Shown here: one piece after another, positions 38,261 through 50,044 of the stretch
How positions within the stretch are numbered: the first letter of the stretch is position 1
Layout of the letters: each line of letters opens with the position of its first letter
DNA from: Hydrolagus colliei
Taxonomy: Eukaryota
NCBI GenBank assembly: GCA_035084275.1
Contig: CM068748.1
Span: forward strand, 4,526,001 to 4,590,000
DNA length: 64,000 nucleotides
Direction: 5' to 3'
Program-made: the position numbers and the translations under genes
Notes under the pieces: model-generated
Seen by the model: the letters and a program-made list of their open reading frames with translations, nothing else
Told to the model about the DNA's origin: nothing
Database searches by the model: none

Positions 38261-39399
38261 ACACCTCCCAAAGAAAAATCTTGATTTTATCTCTTATCAA
38301 AGATAGGACATAATTATTGTCAACTGTAAGAGTGAGACTAAAATCCATATTTTACTGGGAGTTCAGTTTTATTTTCTTATTGGACTGTCGATATTTATTG
38401 CATTTTCAAAATGTTTGATGAAACTCTACCATAGCAACTGGAAATATTGGCGTGTTGGGCTCTAATTTGCAATGTTTGTGAGCCAGCTAATTATGATTTC
38501 TGCAGCCAGCCAAAGTGTAGGGGGAGGGGGTGGGAAGAAGCCAAAGAGCAAAATGCCATCTGCTTAAAGTCAACCATTTTGCTCTGCAGGCTTTACATAT
38601 TGGCTGCTTTGCTAAAATCCTAAATAAGACCCTAGTTTTTCACTATTACTACCCCACACACATGTAGTGGTAGATTTTGTCAAGGTGTAATAAAACATTA
38701 CAGCTTGCTTTGTCAATTAGATTTTCAGCAGAATGTACAATCTCCTACGATATCTTTGAGGCACCAGCTAATGAAATGTTAGATTCAGTTAAATTTTCTC
38801 TATAAAGTTCCATTGTCCCTCTCCCTCCTTCTACAACCTTTACCCTCTGCTCCCCACAACTACAAGGTGACCACCACCTACTGTGGTTCAGCAAGTTGAT
38901 CACTAAACTCTGCCAATGCCACTCCACTGTAACTAGATGATAATGGATGAACCAGTATCTTGGAGTCCTCTGTTCTCTGAAATAGAATGATTGATTTTTT
39001 GCAATGTGCACATGTAAGAAAACGAAACCATTTCAAATGCAAATTGTTTTAAAAATGTATTTCCCATGAAGATTCCATTGATGTTGTCAAGTGTTTCTCC
39101 AAACGTTGGAAGAGAGATTAAAAAGACAGGAGCATGAATAATATATTTTTAAAAATATTAGCAATCAAAGTCAATAAATGGGAAGGATAATAACGATTAC
39201 ATATAAAAACACTTCTAAAAGGAGCCTAAGTGAGGACGATAAATTGTACTGAAACCTAATATATATATTGAAGGTCAATTTTCTCAATTTTGTAAGAATG
39301 CAGTGGATACAGATTAAAATAACCCAATCCCATTCAAAGATACTGTTTAATTGACAAGCAAACAATTTTGAAAATAAAGTAAAACTACCTTTCATCATT

Positions 39400-39510
39400 T
39401 GCGTTTCGTCCATAAATAAACAGTCAATTCATTTTATAATATATTTTATGAAGCGCTTTGAGACATCTAGAAGACCTGAAAAGCGCTATATCAAATGCAA
39501 GGATTATAAT
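39400..39510 (+). mobile_element. SINE family A 3' fragment
   Basis: gcgtttcgtccat...gaagcgctttgagacatctagaagacctgaaaagcgctatatcaaatgcaaggatt. Confidence 0.85.
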
Positions 39511-39572
39511 TTACTTACACTTTTAATTTTTTCCATCTATTTTACTATATAGCCCTGGTTGAAACTATATAT

Positions 39573-39631
39573 ACAACAACAACTTGCACTTATATAGCAC
39601 CTTCCATGCAGTATAGCCTCTCAAAGCGCTT
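39573..39631 (-). mobile_element. L2-type tail
   Basis: acaacaacaacttgcacttatatagcacctt...ctcaaagcgctt. Confidence 0.65.
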
Positions 39632-39901
39632 AAATATATTCTGCATCAGCTCCAATACCTTATTTGGTAAAGTCAATCATTAAACAAAAGGCCATATTAA
39701 CCATTTGAGATCTTCTTTTCCTTTACAGCTTCCAAGGTAAATGTGTGTACAGTATTTCATATAACATCAGTAAGAATTAAGTAGTGTAATTTAGCAGTGA
39801 ATGGTAGGACATCAAATCAGAATAAACACAAATGTGGAAACTATGGTGAACTCTACAAAGAGCTAAGAGTTAAAGTTATTTTAAACTTATCTCTTACACA
39901 T

Positions 39902-40244
39902 GGAGTCCTGTAGCTCAGTGGATAGCACACTCGCCTCGCAAGTGAGAGACCTGGGTTTGATTCCAGGCAGGGCAAAACGTTGCCTCCGTTTATCTAGCAG
40001 TATGTAGGAACCCGGATGTTAGTCGATTGGTGGATCATTTTTCTGAGGGTAATAATTCTTTCACAAAAAAATTGGTCACACAATCCTTGACTGTTTGTGG
40101 GACACTGCAATGTGCAATTGGCTGTTGTGTTTCGCACATAAAATATAGTCAATTTACTTTACAGTACATTTTGTGCAGTGCTTTGAGACATTTCGAAGAC
40201 ATGATATAAGCCGTTGTATCAAATGTAAGGATTATTATTATTAT
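39902..40244 (+). mobile_element. Full-length SINE family A variant
   Basis: ggagtcctgtagctcagtgg...ggtttgattcc head, an extra internal segment, and the standard body and tail. Confidence 0.92.
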
Positions 40245-40570
40245 CTTGTAATATTGGTTTTAAATCCATTATGCACTGGCATTTCTTTTGCAACATTCAG
40301 CAAGCAATGCAATTATTTATTCAATGTTCATGATGCGTGTATAGTGCTTAGAAATAGATATAACCCATCCACTGGTCCTTCATATCTTAAACAAACTCTT
40401 AATACAGTGACAGTTACCAGGGAGTGTGAAATTAGTTGGCAAGTTTTAGTCAAGAGACTAATATTTAACGTGGATCAGTTTGTTAAAGTTGGTATTCAGT
40501 ACTGTCAGATTTATATGTGTTTTCTTTGCAAAATTATGAAACTTTATGCATTAAATGAGAGTAGGACTAC

Positions 40571-40780
40571 AATCCCCTCCATTTCTCTGTCTCACTTTCC
40601 CCATTCATAAAGCCTTCCTTAAGATCTTTAACTATGAATTTGGTCACCTTTCTCTCCACACCCCTCCTCCTCAGCACCATCCCCATCCCTCAGTTCCGGC
40701 TGCCAGCTAATTCTGTGGAGAGCTTTGAGACATTCTTCCAATGTGAAAGGCACTATATAAATGTAAAATTGCTGTTGTTG
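40571..40780 (+). mobile_element. Old L2 3' end
   Basis: C-rich ORF end, then gctttgagacattcttccaatgtgaaaggcactatataaatgtaaaattgctgttgttg. Confidence 0.7.
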
Positions 40781-41059
40781 GTATGTATAACTTAATACTT
40801 TCCTGAAAGCATTTCATATCATAATCACCTATGATTAAAGAGTTAAATCAATGTTATTTTAATAACAGAGTGCTTTGTTTGTATGGAGAATAATGGATAA
40901 TTTGAAGTGATTACAAGATGGTATTCTTATCGAGGTGGTTTAGATTATACCACAAATGGCCATCATCTGAACTCTGACAAGGAAATGCAGCCTTCAAATC
41001 ACTTCAAATATGCACAGCGAAGATCACTAAAGTAGTTATTTTCTATTTTAAGGGATTTT

Positions 41060-41360
41060 TTTTCCGCTCGTGTCATTGTGGATTGTATCATGGTAAACAT
41101 GGACAGGAAGTGCACTGTGGGAATGATGCATGATGCTATCCACATTGCAGGATTAATGGCTGTGATGTAATCACTGCAATTTTATTGAGTGATAATGCAC
41201 AGTTGATTGCTGGAAAGGAACATAGTCAGTCTGTTTATATAGGATAATAGAAACTATTTTACAAGGCAGTAAGGGGTTCAGATGACATGAACCACAAATG
41301 TTCAGATTAAATGATTTATGAAGAGCGTGAACCCCATGATAAGTTAATGCTTTAGGATCT
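41060..41360. promoter_or_regulatory. Candidate conserved enhancer (motif cluster)
   Basis: Unique sequence with CATTGT, GTAAACA, ACAGGAAGT, TGTGGGAA, GGATTA, AACCACA and TGATTTATG within 300 bp. Conservation not tested. Confidence 0.35.
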
Positions 41361-42925
41361 GCCTTAGTTATTTGTTATTCTCTCGAATAGGTACATTATT
41401 CAGTAGATTTGCTGGATGTTTCATATTTGACTATGCAATTAGCAAAATCAAAGTTGAGTGGATATTTTGTACATGTGTTGTGCTATTCAATTTAAGGGGT
41501 GCGCCAACAAGGTACTCAGATTAAACTGATTTGACGGCACTTATGTCAAACTACAATTCTTGTTTTTCATTCCACAATGTGGAACTGAGGAACAGAATGC
41601 CATGTGTGTGTACAGTATTAAACATGCATATTTACTGATTTTTTCAAAATGAAAACAAAACTCTGACCATCTCAGGAGAAATAAAATCTGAAATATTTAA
41701 CTAGTATGAAGTATTATTTCTGAACATAACAGCTACATTTTCTGTGAACATTGATTTAAATAGTGATCTACTGCAGTAAGTCTGAGGAGATAGGAAGACC
41801 AAATCAGGCTAGTGGTCTTTTTCTAAAAAAAAGTAAATGCAAAAGATTAAAATCCTCTCGTGTTTCCCTGTCACACAGTTGCTGTAGATACTGCCGGGAA
41901 ATGGATAGTTTTAACTTGCCAGTAAGCTCCTACAATAATATTCATTTTTCATTGGTGTAAAGCTAGATTTTTTACCAAATCCTACTTAATGATCCAGAAA
42001 ATGTTCATTTTGTCCCGTCAATGTGATATGATATGATGTAATTCACTAATAATGAATTATAATCATTTCTTAATGCATATTTGAGCCCAGTATAACCATG
42101 TCAATTTGTTTGAAAAGATACCAGTGGTGAGGTTAAAAAGCTACAAAAAAAATGCTTTCTGAGATGTTAATTTGAGATAATTTTTGCTGGACAACTGGTT
42201 TTAAGCATATGGAGATGACAAACAAATATAGCACAGTCTGTCAGGATCCCATCTCTGTCAATAGGAAATTCAAATTTTGATGATTGGCAGATGCATATTG
42301 TATAATTCCATGTGAGATTTCTCAGATAGTCAGAATTTCACTCTTTTGCAAACTGCACTTGAGGACTTGTTACAAGTCATGGCCCTTCTGTGATTTAGTA
42401 GGCTAGAGGTCGCAGACAAATAATTCCTCCTCTGCCTCAGCCGGCGGAATTTTTCCATTTCATTTTGTAAATAACATAGTTTGCTGAATGTACAAATGGG
42501 CAACAGCGCAACCGAATAGTTTGTCATCAAGAAGAATAGCTGTAAGATCAATGCGTTTTTATTATTATCATCTGAGTGGAATTACTCACCTGATTTGCAT
42601 CCATCAAACTCCAGAAAAACTGATGCCGTTTGAAAGAAAAAGAGCGCAATGGTTTAAGCTACTGATTGTGAATGCCAATTATATTTTAATATTCAACAGA
42701 GCATATTTTAGGAAGAAAAAGACAGCAACAACATATGCATAACTCATTGGCAGCATAGAGCAGCTGTGCTGCTCTACTCTTAGACTCACTTTGTGCATTT
42801 TAGCAGCATAGTAATTTAGTATAGAGCTACCTGAGTGATGGCATTTTCAATGAGCAGGTAATCTATAGAGAATTTTTATATGGTTATGAGTTCTATGCTT
42901 CAGCATAGCAACACAAAATACATCA

Positions 42926-43097
42926 NNNNNNNNNNNNNNNNNNNNNNNNNNNNNNNNNNNNNNNNNNNNNNNNNNNNNNNNNNNNNNNNNNNNNNNNNNN
43001 NNNNNNNNNNNNNNNNNNNNNNNNNNNNNNNNNNNNNNNNNNNNNNNNNNNNNNNNNNNNNNNNNNNNNNNNNNNNNNNNNNNNNNNNNNNNNNNNN
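42926..43097. other. Assembly gap (172 N)
   Basis: Run of N. Confidence 0.99.
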
Positions 43098-45442
43098 CTT
43101 CGGTCTCTTGTTAAAGTGGTGGGCTGTGGTAAATAGCAGTATGTTGGAAAAATAGTCTTCAGAGGCATGTGTACACAGGGAACAGATGTAGTAAAATGCA
43201 AAATAATATCAAAAAGATTATTAGTCCAATGAGGGGAACTTGATTTGTATTTTAATGGAATTTTACTTTTCTCTTAATGATTTGCAAATTGTTCTCTGAT
43301 TATAAAATGGATTAGGCTTTCATTTTAATGTTGAAGCAGAGCCATTAGCTATCTTTTTTCGGTCTTCTTTATAGCTTGGTTCCCTGCAGCAGCAAAAATT
43401 GAAACCATTTAACCCCTTTGATGTCGTTTTTAGTGATGCAGTACAACACGGACTGCTACCTAATTCAGCACGCTTTTATTTTTCAGCAGACTGCTGCAAG
43501 TTCCTTAATTGTCCATTAGGCACTGATCAACAAGGGGACAAAGTTAACAGCTTCCTTGTAATTTCCTTTTGTTGATTTAACACAGCTTCACATCTTCTCA
43601 GGGTCATTTCATCTGTTGTGTAATTACAATGTCTTGCAATATCTTGGCTTAGACAATCCAGTAATTGTTCTGTTAAATGTAAGATGGGGCTAACAGTGTT
43701 CTGCCTTATACACATGATGGACTTGTAGGCATGTCTGTTAGTGTGCATACCTGATGGGCCCAGCATACAAATCTTGTACATTTCATGGGAAACATAACAG
43801 GAGGTTACTTTCTTGAGTCTATCAATGCAGTGTCACTCTTTGAACATTGCATTTTCTCTAGATAATAGGTATATGGAAATTGTGGCTAAAATCGTACTAG
43901 AATAAAACCTTATGCAAATTGAGTCTGGCTTTTAAGCAACAAAAAGGGACCTTGATAGATTTATGAATCTAATTAAAAACTATAAAATTACAAAACTTAG
44001 AATTTCAACATCATTTTATTGTTTTGAATTTAACAGTGGTTAAAACACTCAATTCTTAATGTGTGAGTTTTTTTTAAAAAAAGTGGCTGAACAAATAGCA
44101 AGAGGCAAACTCGTTATTTCTCCCTGTGTTTCTGAACATTAGCCCAATTTACTAGTGTATTTTGGATTCATCAAAATTAGTTCAGTTCATATTAAGAAGT
44201 GTTTTGATTCTGGTTGATTATCTAACTGAATGATTTAAATGATTGCTTTGAATTCTTTATTGGGTAGGGTTGTCACATTTTTCGGGTGAGGGTTTGATGA
44301 CGGTATGTCTGAGCAATCGTGAAGATCTGCGTTCACATCTGTTTAAGTGCTGGACATCACCACGAGTAAAAACTCATAACTGGAGAAGTGTGAAATATGT
44401 GCCTAAGTATTTTTCTCGGGTGTAAGGTTTCTTTTTATTGCTCTTCAGTTCAGCCAAAACTAAATTCCCCACATTTATTTTTGGTTGTTCTTCCCTCCCA
44501 TCTTTAAGCGTCTTGTGTGAACTCTTAGTTCTTAAACCAAGTGGATGAATTAAGCAAACCTCCTCACAGGCAACTATCTGCCAGGTGTCAGTTAATAACC
44601 ACTGACTCGGAGGTGTGCTGTTTGAGTTCCCCTGCCTCCAGCATATGCTTTCTCTGACACACTAGCTTGGAAGCTCAGCATGTGGAAAACATTGTTGTGA
44701 ATGCATATTCTCTCACTCCTTTCAGCTGAAAGGAATGCTTCAGGTTAAGGGCCTACAATGGTTCTTTTGATATTTATGGGGGTGAGGGATGGGGGCATCA
44801 CTTCCTGTGCATTAATTTAAAAGAAAATTCTTAGCAAGTAAGACGTCAAAGGAAAAAAAAATTACCTTGTAGTTGCCGGCCTCCAACTTTGAAACATGGT
44901 CTTTTTCTCGAGAATTATCACTGTAGAGTATTGCTTCATTCAACCTCGGCTCCCAGCAGCGCACACTATGCATTGCTATTAGGCGTTAAGCAGTTATCTG
45001 AGAGATCATTAAAACAGCAGGGTGCATTGCTGCAGTTATTTAAGACATTGTTCAAATATTGTACTTTTAGGTAAGAATTGAGGAATGGCCTTTATTGTCA
45101 ATAAGCCAGACCTATTAGATGTTTTCCGAAGCAATGATTTAGTTACTTAAGTAAACAAGTTTTGTGATTTTACCAAAAAAAATCCACTGTTCAGGTATCA
45201 TATTGTATTGTGAAAGTGGAGTAATCTACAGAATTAAGTCTCACAAGCATTGCAGAATGTACATTGTACTCACAGAAGAGCAAAACAAAAACAAAATGTT
45301 TGCTGGTTTTCCTCAAGGCACGTAAAAAATTAATCTATTGGATTACTCTGGATCACTCTGGAATTAATTTAATATCTGTAATTTGCCACATTTTACTTCA
45401 CCACAAAAATGCTACATTGATTTATTTTCCCTCTAATATTTT

Positions 45443-45670
45443 AACAACAGCAAGTTACATTCATATTGCGCCTTTCTCGCGGGCTAGCATAACGAAGAGC
45501 TTTAAGGAGGTGATGATGTGCACACTGGAGATCCTTGCACACTGTTGGTGGTCAGTGAGTCAATGCCTAGAGGACATCAATTTTAAGAAACTCGTTTAGG
45601 AAGCAGAGTAGATTAAGAAGAATTAGGAGCATCTGGAATGCTCTGCCAGTTGTTGTGGTTCAGGCAGAAT
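45443..45670 (-). mobile_element. Old L2 3' end
   Basis: aacaacagcaagttacattcatattgcgccttt is a reverse-complemented L2 tail, followed by purine-rich ORF-end sequence. Confidence 0.5.
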
Positions 45671-45689
45671 TGGTACCATCTAAAAAAGA

Positions 45690-45808
45690 ATCATTTGCAG
45701 GGATTTGGGGGAAAAGATAAGTAAATGGGACTAATTGACTTTTTAAAGAGCCAGCACAAACACAATAAGTCAAATAGCTGTCTTTATACTTTAAATTCTT
45801 ATGGTTCT
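45690..45808 (+). mobile_element. Old CR1 3' UTR
   Basis: gggatttgggggaaaag...ttttaaagagccagcacaaacacaat, homologous to 850-950. Confidence 0.6.
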
Positions 45809-46728
45809 GCAACATGTAAAAGCTACTCTAGCATGTAACAATACCAGAGAGGAATGTTGTTGATCATAGGTAAGTGAGAGTTGTTCAATTCTACCCTTCC
45901 CTATGTTTCTCGGTGTTGTCATTATATCAGAGCATCTCGGATTCTGATTTATGAATCCGATAAAGTAACGTGTTAATGACATGACTTTTCCTAGCTAATA
46001 GGATACTGTTGACCTTACAACAATGCATCTTTGACATCTTCAGCATGAAAAGTGCCACCTAAAACATTTTAAACCAAGTGTTGAGCTGATGTAAACTAAT
46101 TGATGCAAAGTTTTAAAAGGGATTTTGTTCAACACAGGGTCCCCTTAACAAATAATCCCAAATGTTGTTATCGGAGGGGACACCAGCCTTTTCAAAGGAC
46201 ACATCATGGCCTGAGTGGCACTGTTCGTATTATTTGTAGACCCATAAATAGCCCAAAACATGGCTGAGAGAGGAAGAGGTTTTTCATGTTCGCTTCTTCA
46301 TAACGTAGAACTGAGTGCTAGAGAGATGAACCACCATCTTTGTTTTCATTCTAAATACCTTTCATCATTATGTGCCTTGGCAAGAACGTACCATAAAAAG
46401 CCTGGCAGGACTGCAAGGCTCATTTAAAAGTCTGATACTAGGCGTTCAGCCAGGAAGACAATAGTAATCTAGGTTTGAATTTGCTTTGGCTGATAAATTA
46501 GATGGAGCTACCATTAAGTTTCTTTTTGAAAAGCTCTGCTGCTTGAACTTGCTACTAGGATATTTCTGCCAAAGATGCTACACAGCCTAATAAGTGATAT
46601 TAGCCAAACCTCCAACATGTTATCCAAATATTAAACTTTTATAACTCAAGCAAAAACTAGGACAAACATTGGCTGTCCTTAGTTCCAGTGCATGTTTTTA
46701 TGGTTGCTCTATTTTCTTTTCCTATATA

Positions 46729-47099
46729 CAGTAAAAGCTTGGTTATCCAGCACCCAACCAACCGGAACACTCAGCCAACCGGTATCTCCCAATACAATTC
46801 ACCATTTCAGCAACCGGATCTCATACCGGAGTCAACCGGCACATTCGTGGTATGCTCACTTTGCATGCGCACTTATTAAACTTACCGAACGCGATTTTAC
46901 CGAGTGTGCTGAAATGCTTTATTGGTAAGTATCCATATAATATTCAGTTATTATTTAGTCTATTATTAATATGGTATGTTTTAAAATAAGTTAACTTTTT
47001 GCGTAGGATTTTCAGCAACTTGCCGCTCAAATATCCGGCACATTTGATTAACTGGCACCAGTCAGGTCCCGAGGGTGCCGGTTAACAAAGCTTTTACTG
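46729..47099. mobile_element. Tc1/mariner (pogo/Tigger-type) MITE, 371-bp relative of 8670/23015
   Basis: TA|CAGTAAAAGCTTGGTTATCCAGCACCC ... GGGTGCCGGTTAACAAAGCTTTTACTG|TA. Confidence 0.88.
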
Positions 47100-47224
47100 T
47101 AGTTAGTCATTACCCATTTCTTATGCTCCCACACCTACTGAATGAGGGGCGAGAAGAAGAAAACAGATTTAATTGGCACTGATCAACCAACTAATCCACT
47201 TTCCACAACACTATCATGCAAAAT

Positions 47225-47586
47225 TACAACTTCAGATTCTAAAGGGGCTACACAATGTAAATCATGACAGGCTGTTTCAACTAGCTCAGAATAATAAAAA
47301 CAAGAGGGCTCAGCCTGCGATTGAAGTGGGTGGAAATTCAGAACGAATCTACGGAAACACTATTTCAGTGAGTGAATTGTAAACCTTCGGAAGAGGCTCC
47401 CTGGGGAAACTTTTGAAGCAGGAAGTGTTGATTTCTTTCAAACACAGATTAGATAGTTTTCTTTTAGGAAATAACATTATGGGATATAGTACATGGGTAG
47501 TTCGGAACATATGTGCATGCGACTGCCCAGAAAATGACTAAATGCATCTTGGTCTTTTTTTCGTTAAGCATTTCTTATGTTCTCAT
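47225..47586 (+). mobile_element. CR1 ORF2 C-terminus and 3' UTR
   Basis: QILKGLHNVNHDRLFQL, FRTNLRKHYFS; ends tttcttatgttctcat. Confidence 0.8.
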
Positions 47587-48490
47587 AGAATATCAGAAAA
47601 GCCACAGCAATTGGATTAACCAGAGATCAGTGTGGGATGTAGAAACGATGATTTGTATATTCAGCTACAAATCTAAATAATGGTATATAAATAAGTTCAA
47701 TACCACTTTTAGATCTGGAATTGGGATTTGAATCTTATATTTTGTCTCGAAATAACGAGAAATGGCTGTGTGCATCTAAGATGCGATGTTAAGCATGATT
47801 CCCTTTGCTCAGAAGAAGAGAAAATTGATTCCAGTTAAAAGCATTGTGCTTTACATCATGCCAATATCCACAAATTAAATAAGTTATTTAACTCATGAGA
47901 AAAATCTTATAAATCATTTGTGAAATAATCTTCTGTGGTATAGTTCATTGCTACAGTAAGGCATTCTTTATTATTTCACCAGTCATGCAATCCACTGTAC
48001 GTAGAAATCACTTTACCTTGGATGAAAACCAATTAAGAAGTACTTATTTTAGCACTGACATGTCTGGAGATGTAAATTCCAAAAGTTTGACTATATATTT
48101 AAACAAGTACTTGCTTGTTTTCCAGAGGTTTTTTGGAACCATGGAACCAAAATAACCATAATTTATTTTGCATTGGGTAAAAAAAATTAAGCTCCAGTGC
48201 TGTGAAAGACCATGTGATCATAGAAAATGAGGCTTGCTGCTTATTTCATGAGGATATTAAATTGATCCTGAAGATTTTATGTCTGACATCACAAATTGTT
48301 TGTTTTATGAATCAAACCTCAAGGGAACATTATCAAACTTTGGATGTGGATTAAGTCATGTGTGCGATGTACATGCGGTATAAAAATTATATTAATATTT
48401 ATTGTTACTTTTTACACTGCAGTTTAAATCATTTTAGTAATTCTGTCAAATGTAATTTGCATTTGTTTAATATTTAGGTTTTAATAAAAC

Positions 48491-48895
48491 ATAATATTCC
48501 TTGCATATAGCATCTATAATATTGAAGCATCATAAAGCTCTTTACAGAGTTTGACTGTGAAGCGTAGCGATTGTGCACATAATTTCCACACAGCAATGTC
48601 CCATAAAAAGTCATGAAGTGAATAATTATTTTTATCTGGCAGGGGATTGTTGACCAAGACAGAGGGAGAAATTTCCTTCTTTTTTCAAACAATGCCATGG
48701 ATGTCCACCTGAAGAGCCGGAATGTCCTCAGTTTAGCATCTCATCCAAAGGACAAGAAATCCACTTATACATTGCTCCCCCAGTAATGCATTGCAATGTT
48801 CAGGATAATATATGAATTCAAGGTCCCAACATGGGACTTGAACTCACAACCTTTTGACTCAGAGGTGAGATTGTGATCAACTGAGCCAAACTGAC
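48491..48895 (-). mobile_element. Full-length Deu-domain SINE
   Basis: Reverse complement: gtcagtttggctcagttg...tctcacctctgagtcaaaaggttgtgagttcaagtccca head, Deu core (tttggatgagatgctaaactgagg), tail tgcaaggaatattat. Confidence 0.82.
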
Positions 48896-49047
48896 ATTTA
48901 TTTTTTTTAAAGTGTGAACTTAAAAGCATCTCATCACAAATTCTGGGCCTGAATTAAGAAATGATTGCTTTGCCCGGAAACGTTAGTTTGCAATATCTGG
49001 TACAGTAATGTACACAAAGAAAGTTCTGTGAATAGTTATGATCGCTC

Positions 49048-49492
49048 ACAGCCTGGCTCAATGGAAGGACTCTCACCTCTGAGTCAGAAAGTGGTAGGAT
49101 AAAGACCTACACCCCGACTTGGAATCACGTAGTCTCAGATGAGACTCCAATACAGCGCTGGGGGTGTCTTGTGTTGTTGAAAATACTGTACTGTCCTTTG
49201 GATGAGATGTTAAACTTAGATCCAGTCTGCCTGTTCAGGCAGATGTTAAAGGTCTCATGAACACTATTCTAAAATACAAGAGAGTTTCTCCTGGTGTCCT
49301 GGCCAACAATACCCAAAATAATATTGTTTTTTCATTTCATGGATGTTTGTAGGACATTGCTTTGCGCAAATTGACTGCCACATTCATCCAGAAATACACA
49401 GTCATTGCAATTCACAGTAAATCCTGTAAGCACTTTGGGATATCCTCCCAATGTGAAAGGCACTGTACCAAATGCAAATGCAAGGATTATAA
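49048..49492 (+). mobile_element. Full-length Deu-domain SINE
   Basis: cagcctggctcaatgg...tctcacctctgagtcagaa head; ggatgagatgttaaac...tctcctggtgtcctggccaaca core; tail caaatgcaaggattat. Confidence 0.85.
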
Positions 49493-50044
49493 CCTCACTC
49501 CTTAATTATCCTTTACTAGCTGTCTTAATACTTTCTCCATTGTAAAACGGTATAACTATAAATTGGTTTAAGAGATTTTAAAGAGTTCTTTTTAACTAGA
49601 CATTTAGTAGTGGCTTTTGCAGAATTTGTGAATTATATGAGCATCTAGTCACACGTAGTTCTAAGCAATGAAATATCACAGTTCGTACCATTTCTCATGT
49701 CAGAAGTATTTTATTGCATTTTAGACCAAGTCAGATTATCATATAAATCTTTGTGAAATTATGGCCCTTTTAAAGTTCATGGTTTATGATAAGTTATTGA
49801 AACAATCAGTAATAAAGGTTTAATAGAACGTGTTTAGCAGAGCTGCAGACTCATTGTTCACCTATAACCTGAAGGGTTAATCTTTACGTAAACATGGTGT
49901 TAAAATATAGTTCACATTCTTTAGATTAGAGCTGCAAATACTCCGCAAAGCTTTAAATTGCCACAACTGACTTCTATAACATGATCTTTTCAAAGATATT
50001 TGAAACTGCGTTGTCCCGTAATCCTTCTGCAGAGCAAAGTGTGA

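Noticed and set aside
11753-43201. ORFs spanning N gaps (11753-12001, 42880-43155, 42923-43201)
   Set aside because: Artefacts of N runs lacking stop codons.
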